NCBI GenBank assembly: GCA_039621445.1
Contig: CP154954.1
Location: 37,371,703-37,435,702, forward strand
Origin: Euglena gracilis
Lineage: Eukaryota
Length of the DNA stretch: 64,000 bases
Reading direction: 5' to 3'
Position numbers and translations under genes: made by a program. The notes under the pieces are model-generated. The model made no database searches and was not told where the DNA came from. It was given only the letters and a program-made list of their open reading frames with translations. Shown piece after piece: positions 50,841-63,026 of this stretch (position 1 is the stretch's first letter; every line of letters starts with the position of its first letter).

Positions 50841-52212
50841 GATGACTATAAACAAAGCACATATCATAACTTAATGTGACCCTCACCCCGGGGTCACTCA
50901 TTTCAATTGTGATATTTGTATCATGGTTCGGCGTGCCGTGCCGAGGGGGTCGGCCGACCAGGGGGGGGCACCCATTTTGCCGTGCCGAGGGCACCATGAA
51001 CTTCGGCTCGGAGTGTTCCTCCTAGGCCGCTTTCCAAAACACACACGCAGCAAGAAGTGATCTACATTATCCTTCTCACCAAAAAAGTCGAGGACGTGGA
51101 ACAAGGACTGATGGGCAAAGAACCCGTCTACACATTGTCTCCTCTCCAGTGACACAAAAGATTTCAAACTATGTCTGTGATGAAGAACACACACAGAACA
51201 CAGAAGGGTCACAGAAGTGACCCTTCTGTGTCACTGGATTGAACGTATACATCCGGAACGGGTCCGACCCCCAGGGGGGGGGGGTGGTATACCTTTATGG
51301 GGCCAGTAACGGGTTCACCCCCCCCCATTGACCAATTATTTGACCCCCCTAATTGGCCAATTGCCTCCAGGACCAGTGGTGCAGAAGTAATTTTTTCTCG
51401 GGGGGGGCTTGACTTGACAAGGTTGAATAATCATTGTTTTTTTCCCGCCGCCCTTTGGGCAGAGAGACCGTAGTTGAATGTGACAAAAAAATGTGCAATG
51501 GAGGCCAGGTAGTCCACTTCGGGACCCCGGGACCCGGCTCCCCCGCTGTTCAGTTCACTTCGGAAATGAACAGGTGGGACCCGAGACCCCCCCCCCCGTG
51601 TAGATGTACCCGCGAAATCCGGAATGACAGGCGAACACCAAAAAGGGCTTTTTCAAAAAATTTTCGGCGGACCCCCCCCCCTCCAGGAAGTCAACATGTC
51701 CAGTTCAGTTCGGAAATGAACAGGGGGTTCCCAGCCCCCCCCCACCCCCGGACACTTGGCCCCAATGGAGTGCAATGGCAGTCGAGTTCGGGCCCCAAAA
51801 CCCCCCTCCCCCCCTTGTCTGGTTGAGTTCGGAACTCGACAGGGGGTCCCACGAGCTCCCCCCGTCTAACCAATCTAGACCCCGGAGAACAGGCGGTAAG
51901 GTGAAGTTCAGGACCCGGACCCCTTTGTTGGCCAAAAATGGCCAACAAATGACAAGTTTTCGAAAAATTCCATAAACCATTAACTTCAAAATGGCCATTT
52001 TGGGAGAAAAGGGAGCAAAATTTCACCCATCAAAATTTCACCCCCATCAAATCGGTGAAGTTCACTTGTGAACTTCACCGGTGAACTTCACCGTTGAGCA
52101 TCCCCCCCCTGGTGAACGTTCACGGGGTTGGTACGCCGTGGCGAGGGGGTCCGAATGGGGGGGGGGTAAATGGCGTGGCGAGGGGGTCGGCGACCGGGAG
52201 TGCCAAACGGTA

Positions 52213-53496
52213 GACTGGGGGGGGGGGGTAGTGGGTAGTCGGCCGACTAGTCGGCCGACTACCCAATTGGTCGGCCGACTAGTCGGCCGACTAATTGGTC
52301 GGTAGCTAGTAGGCGGGGGGGGTAGTGGGTAGTCGGCCGACTAGTCGGCCGACTACCCACTCTAATGTACTAACGGGTCAAAACCGCCGACTTTTAAGCC
52401 CCTCCCCCCCTGGGAAAAAAATTTGTCTAAATCACCTCAACGCCGGTCAAAACCCACCCAAATGGCTCCAGATCCTCCAAATCGGGAGTAAATATGCAAA
52501 AAAAATTGGGGGAAAATGTCCATTTTGGGCCACTTTTGACAAAAGTACACCTCTCCCCATTGAATTTTCAATATAAGTCAAAATTTGCACAAAAAAAGGG
52601 TCTTATCCCTCCAAGTCTATTGCCAACATAGAAGGGATTTTGTTATTTGAGGGGGGGGTGCGGGGGGGCGGAGCCCCCCCGCCTTTGCCAAAGTGAGCCA
52701 CAAAAACGACTTAGCCCCCGAGTAGTATGTTGCAAACACAAAAGGGATTTTGTTATTTGAGGGGGGGGGTGCGGGGGGGGGGGCGGAGCCCCCCCCGCCT
52801 ATGCCAAAGTGAGCCACAGAAACGACTTAACCCCCGAGTATGTTGCAAACACAGAAGGGATTTTGTTATTTGAGGGGGGGGTGCGTGGGGGGGGGCGGAG
52901 CCCCCACCCCCCCCCGCCTATGCCAAAGTGAGACACAAAAACGACTTAGCCCCCGAGTATGTTGCCAACACAGAAGGGATTTTGTTATTTGAGTCTTGGA
53001 TTGGGGTGGCGGGGGGAGTTTTCTGCCTCTCGTGATGCAAAACGCAGATTGCAGATTACATTTCTAAAGGATTTTAATGTAATCCCTGTTTCATCATTGG
53101 TTTTTTACCCCTCCGGACCCCCATCAAGGGCCCACCGACCCCCCACTGACCAAAGATTTCCATCTGGGGGTGTTTATTTAGGCGTAAGACACTTATTTGG
53201 ACCCATCCGGACCATTTCCGGGTGATTTGGGCCCGCCACAGGCCATTTTTATGACCGCCGACTAGCCACCGACTAGTTTCCATTGGATTTTGTTCATGGG
53301 GGGGGGGCTTAAAAGTCGGCGGTTTTGACCCGTTAGTACATTAGAGTGGGTAGTCGGCCGACTAGTTGGCCGACTACCCACTACCCCCCCCCCCCCCTGT
53401 CTCGCCGACTAGCTACCGACTAGGACTAGTCGGTGGACCAATTCGGTAGTCGGCCGACTAGTCAGCCGACTACCCACTACCCCCCCCCCCCCAGTC
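52213..53496. mobile_element. Foldback-like TA-flanked element with ~190-bp inverted arms
   Basis: TA|gactggggg...ccccagtc|TA. The arms are built of the palindrome tagtcggccgacta, and there is an internal ~110-bp tandem array. Confidence 0.8.
52618..52993. repeat. ~110-bp tandem repeat, about 3.3 copies
   Basis: Unit tatgttgcaaacacagaagggattttgttatttga(g)n...gccaaagtgagccacaaaaacgacttagcccccgag. Confidence 0.9.
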
Positions 53497-54663
53497 TACC
53501 GCCTTGCGCCGCGACCGGGGGGGGGGGGGAGGGCTGTACCTTCAAAAAATCGCGAAAATCCCCGGTGGTGTGGCGAGGGGGTCCGGCTGGGGGGTAAATG
53601 GCGTGGCGAGGCCCTCAGAGAGGGGGGGGGAGGGGTGTACCAATCCCCCATTGTGCCTAGCATCCCATGAAAAAAAATTGTCGCAAAAAAATCGCGACTT
53701 TTTTGAGGCCCAAAAATGGTGAAAAATGACCATTTTTGGAGAAATGGTCAAAATGGATATTTTTGGACTTTTTGGACATAAAATGGACATGTTAGGGGCC
53801 CAAAGGAGGCTAGGTAGTCAAGTTCGGGTCGCCGAACCCCCCCTCCCCCCCCCTGTCCGGTTAAGTTCAGACCTCGACAGGAGGGTCCCGCGGCCCCCGG
53901 TACTTGGGCCCCCAAAAGCATTTTTTTTTGATCAAAAATGGCACTTTTTGGACCCAAAAATCACCGATTTTGGGACGCGCGCCGCCAGCGCGGCCGCCCT
54001 CGGACCCCCCTCCGCCCCTCCCCCCCGCGCGGCCGCTCGCCCCCTCAGCCCTCTCGTGAAAGGACTACTCATTCATCCAAAAAAAAGGGTCCTAAACAAA
54101 TCCACTGTGAAGTTGTTCCTTTCAGCGAAAGGGTCCTGCGTTTTAGGGTTTTGGCACCTCGCTGCCTTTCGATGTGGATAGGGGTAATATTGGCATCTTC
54201 CCGGTTTTAGGGGATGTTCCCACTCTGAAGCCGATTCCAAAAAGTACAAAAAACTCCCATTAATTAGGAATCTGCCACTCAATTAGGAATCAAAAGTGTG
54301 TCACAAATTCCTAATTAGACCTATTTTGGACCCAAATGGCACGCAAAACTCCTAATAAGGATCTAAAATGGAAAGAATGACATCACACAAGTCACACATG
54401 ACCTGTCAAAAAACCCATTTTCCCCCGCGACACCCCCCGCGACCCCCCCCCCCGCGACCCCAACACCCCCTTAGGTGCCTTGTTGGTACCTTGTGGGTCA
54501 TCTTTGCTGGGTTGTGGGGGAAGTTGTTGGGATGATCCGTGTTGATTTAGCTTGAATAGGGAGAGTGAGTGCCTGTTGGGGGGGGGTGTCGCCATTTGCA
54601 AACGGCTCGGTTTAGAAGCACCACACAAATTGTTCAGATATCTCCTTGGCCAATGTCAAGGAA

Positions 54664-54932
54664 CAGGGTTGTTTGGTTAACCAATCTTCGGTTAATCGAC
54701 CACGACCCCCCTGGTTAATCGATCGACCAAGGCCCAATCGGTTAATGCCAATCGGCTCAATCTTTGTTCGGATGAACCTGGGGCCTCTTGGCATTATTGA
54801 GAAATAAACAAATCCCATGGAATTTTCAGCTTCCCGCTTGTGCACGCCATTAATCGGTTAATCGATCGAGGACCCCGGTTGACCACGGTTAATCGACTAG
54901 TTGCAAAAGGTCCGGTTAACTCATCAACCCTG
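54664..54932. mobile_element. MITE with 7-bp TSD
   Basis: TIR cagggttg..ggttaacc/ggttaac..caaccctg; TSD caaggaa; repeated ggttaatcga motifs. Confidence 0.8.
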
Positions 54933-55370
54933 CAAGGAAAGGGCCTGCAAGACATCTGCTCGGTTTGGCGTTGCTGCCACCAAAAGCAATACCTTGAGGA
55001 GGGGGGCATCAGGGTTGGCCCTCTTTGCCCTGTCCCAAAACCAAATATTTCTGAAATGAAATATTTTCCCAATCTTTCAAAAGATACCCAATGGAGACTA
55101 GGCACGGTGGGGAGCGGGTAGCGCAACTTCACCCAAAGCGTGCCCCGGGCCCAGGGAATCGTTTCTTTTGGCCCTCACCACAAGGAGAACCTTCATGACT
55201 CCCCGTGCGTCCACGGGTCGACGGTGTGTATTCGATGGGATATCTACAAAGAGCGTCCTGAGTGCTGAAGTGGTCAGAGGAAAACGGGCAAAGCCGAGGC
55301 GGAGATTGGGCCTGGCCCACAATACCCCCCCCTCCTTTATTGTCCCCCCCCCCTTTATTGTCCCTGGGCC

Positions 55371-56899
55371 CATGGATGGGTTTATGACGGGGTTTTGATT
55401 TTTTTGACGCAGTGTCGAAAAAAACAGCCTCTGGCTATGTCAAAAACTGTCAAAAAAAAGTCGCGAAAATTAAGAAGGTGATTCCTAATTCAATGGGCGC
55501 CTTGAAGACGAGGTGAAAAAATGCTCCGGTACATGTCGTCAATCATCATGGAATTGCAACCTTCAGATGCCAAGCACATTCACTCAACCTTTTGGTGAAA
55601 GGTCTTTTCAAGGATTGCAACCGAACAAAGATAAAAGCTTTCCGCACGGGGCAACTGGCCAGTGATCTTCGCCACTGTGGAATCGGCGACCACGTATCTT
55701 TTTCCCGCCCCTCCCCCCCGGTCTTATGATATCTTCTTTCTGCAGCTCTTCCAGGGGAATCATATCAATCAGTCTCTTGAATGCCTTGAAAGCCCCTGGT
55801 GGGATGAGGAAGAACCGAGGCCGGACTTCAAAGAAGTCAAGTTACTGTTGAAGATCAAGATTTCAAGAATGCAAGAAAGAAAAGCCTCGAAGCCCGAGCG
55901 GTTCGACTTGCTGTGGAAGTTTTTGGACTTTGGCCTTAGCGCTGCAGAAGTTCAACATGCTGTGGACTGTTTTCGGCCTGAAAAGGCCCTGGGCCCTCAG
56001 GGCCCCCTCAACTCAGCCAGTGCCCCCCCCCCAAAACTGTCAGCCATGGTTTGCAATGGGTCCTCCCAATCTAACTTGTCCAGCATGTGTAAACCCACCT
56101 TATCAACCATTCCCTGAGCCCACATTGGCTCTCACATTTCGTTCGCACCCACCCATCATCAGCCTTTCTGTTTTCACGCAAAGAGCCCTTGTGTTAATGA
56201 CATCTTCCACCAGCAACCCGTAGATTGTTTTCAAAAACTTGCCTCCACCTTCCCCCCCTGTTGTGTCACATCAGCCTTCAGACACCTCCCATTTCCAGTT
56301 TTTGTGGCCAGACATGGGGCAACTGGCTGCACCACCAATTCCCAGCTCCTCTCTCACACATGGAACTCATTTGCTGCCCTTTTTTGTGCACGTTGTTGCT
56401 TTGTTTGAAAAAACCCCACTATTTCTGGGGGCGTTTGTTTTTGTGTTAAAACCCCCTTTTTCTGTGGGGGGCTGTCGGTTCGCCTTGTGCTTTGTGCCAA
56501 AAAACTCCCATTTTCTGGGGGGGCTGTCGTTTCGGCTTTTGGGGGGGGGGGTAAAAAAAAAGCTTTGTTGGGGGGGGGCTGTCGGTTCGCCTTTTTTTTG
56601 CATAGTGATTCTTGGATTTCGGGTTTTGACCCCTGTGTTGTTTGAAGAAGCAATTTCCCAGAAAAGACTTGACCAGAAAGATCTCTTCCGACAGATTCAC
56701 TGCCAAAAAAAGCCTTAAAAAGCCTTTGGGAGCACTCTCATCGAGACCAGCGGACCTCGCTCAGTCGCCGGGAGCAGGGTTCGCGACAAACGGACGTGGA
56801 GGGGGGGATGGGATAAAAGACGTCTTTTATTTTTTGACGGCGTCGTGTTGGTTTGGGACGAGTTTTTGACATGCTCATTTTTGACAGGCCCCATCCCTG
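55371..56899. mobile_element. hAT-like element (1.5 kb) with possible decayed coding interior
   Basis: TIR catggatggg/cccatccctg (resembles the Ac terminus CAGGGATG); 8-bp TSD cctgggcc; the empty site is visible in the 62846-63026 paralogue. Confidence 0.85.
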
Positions 56900-57003
56900 C
56901 CTGGGCCCTGGCCGACAGGGGTTTTTTTGGTCCGGCCAATGAAATTCCTTTGGTACCCCTTTATTGTCCCCCCCCTTTATTGTCCGGTCGGGCCTCCCGG
57001 GGG

Positions 57004-58325
57004 AGACAAGGCAGTACAGTTGGTCAAACCTTGGGGCCCCCCCTCCCCCCCCCCTGTACAGTTCCAACCCCCGCCTCCCGGGACCCCCCCTCCCCCCCAC
57101 TTCCAACCCCCCCGAGACAGATGAAATTTTTTTTAAAAACGGCTTGTTTTTTTTAACAAAAAACAAAACATGCTTTTTTAAGGGGGTGGTGCGGGTCGCG
57201 GGGGGGGTCATGGGGGGTCACGGGGGGGGGGGTCACGGGGGGGGGGGGTCACGGGGGAAATATGACACTTTGCAGGTAGCCGGGAGGCAACATCCATGAC
57301 GTTGCATCTGCATTGTGATAAAATTGGTCATTTTTTGAAAGGGAATTTTGTTAGGATTTTCTTGACCAACACGTTTTTGGGATGAAGTTTGGTCCGTTTT
57401 TGACAAAATTCCGTTTTGGGGGGAAATGCACTAGTTTTTGGCACTTCTTCAAGGCATAGCTGGCGGTTTTTTTTTGAAAAAAAATGTTTTTTTTGTTTTT
57501 TATTGAAAAAAATGGGCAAAAAAAAACGGCAAAAAAAACAAAGCGGAAAATGATGGTCCAAATTTTGCCTTTGATCGCAAGGGTGAACCAATCTTAGCTC
57601 AAATGACTTGAAAACCAATACTTTTGGTTGTCTTCAACCCAAATTTGATGTTTTTCTCTGACCGAGGATGGGCAAAAAAAGCTAAAATTTGAGGCAAAAA
57701 TTTTTTTTTGCCCTGGACCCTCAATGGCGTATTTTTTTAAAAAAAAACGTGTTTTTTGACTTCGTTTTAAACGAAGTGCTAGCTATGCTTTAAGGGGCAA
57801 AGATTTTGGCCATTTTTGTCCAAAAATGGGGGGGGTCACGGGGGTGTAACGGGGGGCACGGGGGTAGTTAGTACCCCCTAAGAAATGTTTTTAATGTTTT
57901 TTAATTTTGTGAAAAAAAAACATCATGGAGGGTTTGGGGAAAAAAGAAAACATGTCTTTGTCTGTTTTTTTTTTGGAAAAAACAAAATTTTTTGTCCTTT
58001 GTTGAAAAACAAAAAAACGTCAACCCTGGCTCAATTCCGCCAAGTGTGCCAAGGGGGAGTGATTGAAGCTGCTTCCTGCCCTCCTGCTGAGTGTTTAAGG
58101 TGAAAACATTGGCCACTGTTCTTTTAAAAGGAGACAAATATTTCGCAAAATGCATCTGAATTTCGCAAAATCCATCATTGCGCAAAATCCAACCACAATT
58201 GGACAAAAAATGTTGCAACTGTCTCGGGGGTAGGCAGTACAGTTGTGATTTTCTGGGGACCCCCCCCCCTGTACAGCTTCCAACCCCCCCCTCGGACCAC
58301 CCCCCTCCCCCCCTGTGCCTTGTCT
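57004..58325. mobile_element. TIR element (1.3 kb)
   Basis: TIR agacaaggca/tgccttgtct; duplication ccggggg (exact TSD length ambiguous); the empty site is visible in 62846-63026. Confidence 0.8.
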
Positions 58326-60893
58326 CCGGGGGCAGGTCGGTGGGACAACAAAGGGGGGGGGGTGGTATATGGGGGGGGGGGCGCTGTGTGGCTGCGGCTA
58401 AATGCCCGTTGAGGACACTTTCTTTGCAGAAGAATAGACGGGGGTGGGGCGAACCGAATCCACTGACCAGTGGCTCAGCTTCAGTTCAGGGGAGTCAGGC
58501 TATGTACAAAAGGTGTAGGGATGGGGCAGTGATGAGAGGTGTTCAAAACACGTCCCGGGGAGGTTGGGTTCTGCTGTGGCTTTGGAAACGGTTCATGAAG
58601 GGGCACAAGGTGCCAGCCTTAATAATATATGTGGAGGGAGGGAGGGAGGGAGGGGGAGGTTGTGTGGCGCGGGTGCCCAGCCTTGTGGCATGGTTGCGTG
58701 CCACGCACTGTTTGCATTGGGTTGGATTGTATTCTATTGGGACAATGGTGTTGAGGTTTGGTGACTTTGCTGCCTAGCCTTGCGACGTCCTTGCCGTCGT
58801 TTGCAGGGTTGCGGTGAAATGCGGCGTGTATTTAGTTTGAGTTGGGAGAGTGAGAGCCTGTGGAGGAGGTGTCGGCATTTGCAGATAGTTCAGTTTAGAA
58901 GCACCACACAAGTTGTTTCGATATCTCTTTGGCTAACCGCCCCCCCCCCCCCTAATAGAAGCACGGGTGCGCTTATAGGGGACCGCCGCCTCCGGCGGCG
59001 GGGGGTGCGCTTCTATTTGGACCCTACCTGCGCGGTTTTTGTTGATTTCCTTTAGAAATCCCATCAAAATGGGGGGTGTGCTTGTAGCGGACCGCCGCCT
59101 TCGGCGGCGGGGGGTGCGCTTTTATTTGGACCCTGAGCTTGTAGCGGCCCCGTGCTTCTATTGGGGGGGGTTTAGTTGTCAGGAGAGGCCTAAGAAAAGG
59201 AACATGGTGGTGGGCGAACCGAATCCACCGACCAGTGGCACAGCCTACTGGGTTTGCAGGAGAGGGGGCTATGTACAGATGGGATCATGGTATGGTAGTA
59301 GTGAGTGGGGATAAGAGATTAGGAGAGGTCGGCTCGCGCCGCTGGTTCGTGATCCGCAGTAGAGGTCAGCTCAAAGGAAGGACGGGACGCGGTGGGTGCT
59401 TGCCAGGACTTTTTTTTTTGGCACGGCTCGGCACAGCTTGGCACGGCTTGGCTCGGCACGGCTCGTGCGTGTCTCGCACGTGTTGTGCCCGCGCTTCGCC
59501 CGTGCGAGCGCGTCGCCTGTGTCGGCGTGCTGTTCTTTGCCGTCGGGACGGGTCACAACGAGCCGTTGCACCCGTTGCACCTGTCACTTTTTGGTTTCAC
59601 TTCGATTCCCGCTGGCCTTGCCCTGAGGGGCGTGGGCCCTTTTGTGTTATTTTTTGGTGCTGGAGGGGCTACCTCCTGCCAGGCTCGCGGTTGGGAGCAT
59701 TGAATGCGAACGGGACCCACATTTGTTCCCATCACCTTGCTCTTCTTCTTGCTGCCACCCATCCAGATCCATGGGTGAGACTGCCATCACGGTGCCGGTT
59801 TGTCGACGTCTTGGGCTCCTGGATCTGGCCTGGGGGGGGGGGGTGTGGGGGTCGACCATGGTCGGCCCACGGTCGCCTCGGTCGCCCTTGGTCGCCCTCG
59901 GTCGCCCTTGGTCGCCCTCGGTTGTGGGGGGGTCGACCGAGAAGGTTGTGGGGGTCGACCGAGGACGACCATGGTCGACCCGTTTTGGGGGGAAATCCCT
60001 TTTGTTGCCCAACTGTTCGAGGGCCCCAAAATAACAAAATCCCTTGTGTTGCCCAACCGTTTTGGGGCGCTAATCCCTTGTGTAACCCAACTGTTTTGGG
60101 GGGCAAATCCCATTTGTTGCCCAATTTGAGGGTCCCAAAATAACAAAATCCCTTGTGTTACCCACCCGTTTTGGGGGCAAATCTCTTTTGTTGCCCGACT
60201 ATCTGAGGGGGCCCCAAAACAACAAAATACCTTGTGTTACCCACCCGTTTTGGGGGACAAATCCCTAGTGTAACCCAACTGTTTTCGGGGGCAAATCGCC
60301 TTTGCTACCAAACAAGAAACCTCCTTGTGTTTGCCCCCCCAAAATAGGTGGGTAACACAAGGGATGTTGCTATTTTGGGGCTCTCGAACAGTTGGGGGTG
60401 TCTGGGACGCGGGGGGGACGCGGGGGGGGGACGCGGGGGGGGGACGCGGGGGAGACGCCATTTTTGGGACAGCGAAATTAGGAATTTGCCGCAAGAAAAA
60501 TTTAGCCAAATTAGGATTCTACCACAACAAATTAGGACTAACCCACCCCAAATTAGGAATCACCCACCGCAAATTAGGAATCATCCACACCAAATTAGGA
60601 ATCACCCACCTCAGATTTGCCTAAAATTAGGAATCAGCCTCCTGAATTTGGCTTTCTCGAGAACAAAATTTTGGTTCCAAAGTGGGACGCAGGGGGGGAC
60701 GCGGGGGGGGGACGCGGGGGGGACGCGGGGGAGACACCCCCGTTGGGCAACGTAGGGGATTTGCCCTGTAAAACGGGTGGGCAACACAAGGGGCAACACA
60801 AAAACGTAAAACGGGTGGGCAAAACCTGTAAAACGGGTGGGCAACACATATTTTGTTATTCTCGGCCCTCGACCAGTTGGGCCCCCTCGAGTA

Positions 60894-61292
60894 AACCCCC
60901 CCCCCACTTACTAACCCTCCCCCACTTACTAACCCCCCCCCCCCCACTTACTAACCCCCCCTCGGGCCGACCAACCAAACCGGGACTTATAAACCCCCCC
61001 CCCCTTCGGGAAGGAAAATGAAACCCGCCGGGGCCGCTTTTTTTTGGCCTCAAACCACCCAAAAACTGATTTTTGGCCCTTTTTTGAGATCGACCATCAT
61101 CAAAAATGCCATTTTTGACCAAATTTACCAAAAATTGCCATTTTGGGGGGGGTTTGGGGTCATTTTTGGGGTTCGGATTTTCACCAACAATTCCGGGACT
61201 TATAAACCCCCCCCCACTTACTAACCCCCCCCTTCGGCCAACCAACCAAACCGGATCCTACTAACCCCGGGGGGTTTATAAGTGGGGGGGTT
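60894..61292. mobile_element. TA-flanked MITE just upstream of ATPTB1
   Basis: TIR aa(c)nactta/taagt(g)ntt; repeated cacttactaaccc motifs. Confidence 0.75.
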
Positions 61293-61409
61293 TAGTTGAG
61301 CAACAAAAGGGATCAGTCCCCAAAACGGGTTGAAAACATTTTTGTTGTTCTTGTGGCCGGCGAACGGTTCAGGACCCTTTCGCAGAAATGCTCGCGATTT
61401 ATGGGAATT

Positions 61410-61433
61410 CCTCATTCATTTTTTTGCAAACAG
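61410..61433 (+). promoter_or_regulatory. Putative spliced-leader trans-splice acceptor of ATPTB1
   Basis: Pyrimidine tract cctcattcatttttttgcaaacAG ends 3 nt upstream of the ATG. Euglenid mRNAs are SL trans-spliced (established); a cis-intron in the 5' UTR cannot be excluded. Confidence 0.6.
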
Positions 61434-61436
61434 GTG

Positions 61437-62175
61437 ATGACGGCCGTAGTGAAGAATTTGGCGAAGTTGCCTGCGGCAACCTCCCAAATTCTCACCAATG
61501 TTTCCAAGCTCCAGACATTCCACGGATTACTTGAGGAACGTCGTGACAAATATGCACCTTTGGCCTACCACACGTACGACAATTTGAAACAGAAAACAAC
61601 TTGGCACCCCATTGCGCACGCTTGGGTGGATGAGGGGCTTCCAGTCAGCAAAAAGGTGTCAAGATGTCGTCATTTCCTCCTATTCTCGTTTGATTTAGGA
61701 GTACAACGAATATTGCTGGCTGAAAAAAGACATGCAACGGCTTCTGCCACTTGCATCGCCGTTCGTTTTCGGCATTTATGGCATCCTTCCGTTGGCAGGT
61801 TTCCAGATGATTTTAAACACTGTGCCTTCCACATTGTCTCTCAGTTTGGCTTTCCAACGATGGGTATTTGCCCTCTGCCTTCAGCAGCAAGAAAGACATT
61901 GTTTCCAAAAAGCTGGAGTGGTATTCTTCTTATGGTGATGACTTGCGGCAGCAAGTGGGTGTGTAACAACATTTTTCCCCACATTTTGAAGTACCCATGT
62001 TACAGGACCCATGTTACAACACCGATTGAAAAGGCATTTGAGGGGCACTCTGAACAATGAACACAGGCTCATGCTTGACGAAGTCACTGAATCGTACAAG
62101 GAGATCTTTTACAGCCATTACACTGGCCAACTTCGGGACGTTCGGAAGTGTGCACACCTGAGGCTGTACGATGGG
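61437..62175 (+). CDS. ATPTB1: Mitochondrial ATP synthase subunit ATPTB1 (Euglenozoa-specific, LETM1/Mdm38-like), 5' part; exons 61437-61655, 61699-61798, 61845-61958, 62006-62175; continues beyond window
   Basis: Three short GT-AG introns (43, 46, 47 nt) join in frame to give MTAVVKNLAKLPAATSQ...AWVDEGLPVSKKEYNEYCWLKKDMQRLL...VWLSNDGYLPSAF...HLRLYDG. The motifs WVD..L.VS.KE, WL.ND...PS.F and YDG match ATPTB1 of Euglena/Trypanosoma as I recall them (recalled, not searched). A GT donor at 62176 opens a long intron. Confidence 0.92.
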
Positions 62176-62845
62176 GTCTGTTCCCTTTCCACATCATTGT
62201 GCATCAATCATCCATCTTGCAACTTGTGAAATTCTTGTGAAATTCGTGTGCAAAGAAATTCAGAAAGAATGGGAGGGGTGGGTTTTGGGGCTCCCCAGCG
62301 AAATGCCAGAGGCGAAACGAGGGGGTTGGCTTCGTTTGGACCCCTTAATTTTAGGAAAAAGGAAAACAGAAGCCTCCACAAAAAAAAATGGGGGTTGCCA
62401 GTTTTCCCTTGGAAAAGGCCTTTTTAGACTTTGGTGCCTTTAGAGAGATTTTCAGTCAAATGATCCATTTTCTGGAAGTGTTGGTCAGACGAAATGAACC
62501 CTGGAGGCCCTCTATCGCCCCCCCATTCGCCTTTTTGGCTGCCGACACGCCTGGCCTGTGCTCCGGACCAAAACGTCCATTTTGGGCTCCAAATCAGGCA
62601 TTTGCCACTCACAATCGGGTTAACAACCTGACCCGGCTTCTGTCAGGCCATAGGCCAGATCGGCCACCCGTGTGCTCCTCCTTTCATTGATTTTTGTTCA
62701 GTTGGGGTGGGGGGTTGGACGTATGATTGGTGGTCGGCCCAACCACCAGTGGTCGCCAACAACCACCAAAAAATCCATCACCAAGATCCTGCAATGAGCC
62801 CGATCTCGATCGTCTCTGGAACACGAATAAAATTTAAATGAAATA

Positions 62846-63026
62846 CCACCCCCCCCCCCCTTTATTGTCCCCCCCCCTTTATTGTCCCTGGGCCCCGGCC
62901 GACGGGGGTTTTTTTGGCCCGGCCAATGAAATTCCTTTGGTACCCCTTTATTGTCCCCCCCCCTTTATTGTCCGGTCGGGCCTCCTGGGGGCAGGTCGGT
63001 GGGACAATAAAGGGGGGGGGGGGTGG
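62846..63026. mobile_element. TA-flanked MITE (Tc1/mariner-type TSD) in ATPTB1 intron 4
   Basis: TA|ccac(c)n-tttattgtcc ... ggacaataaa-(g)n-tgg|TA. Confidence 0.85.

Larger units (their letters stand above)
55325..58365. mobile_element. TA-flanked MITE expanded by two nested insertions
   Basis: After removing the two inserts, the remainder matches 62846-63026. Confidence 0.8.

Noticed and set aside
52618-52993. CRISPR-like appearance (also 21586-21649 and 59990-60360)
   Set aside because: Whole units repeat with no unique spacers, there are no cas genes, and the context is eukaryotic.
55098-55316. Minus-strand segment resembling either a C2 tail or an endonuclease SDH motif
   Set aside because: No convincing splice sites and conflicting frames; it cannot be assigned without a search.
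61296-62060. 254-aa unspliced ORF
   Set aside because: It reads through the outron and introns; the spliced model gives the recognisable protein.
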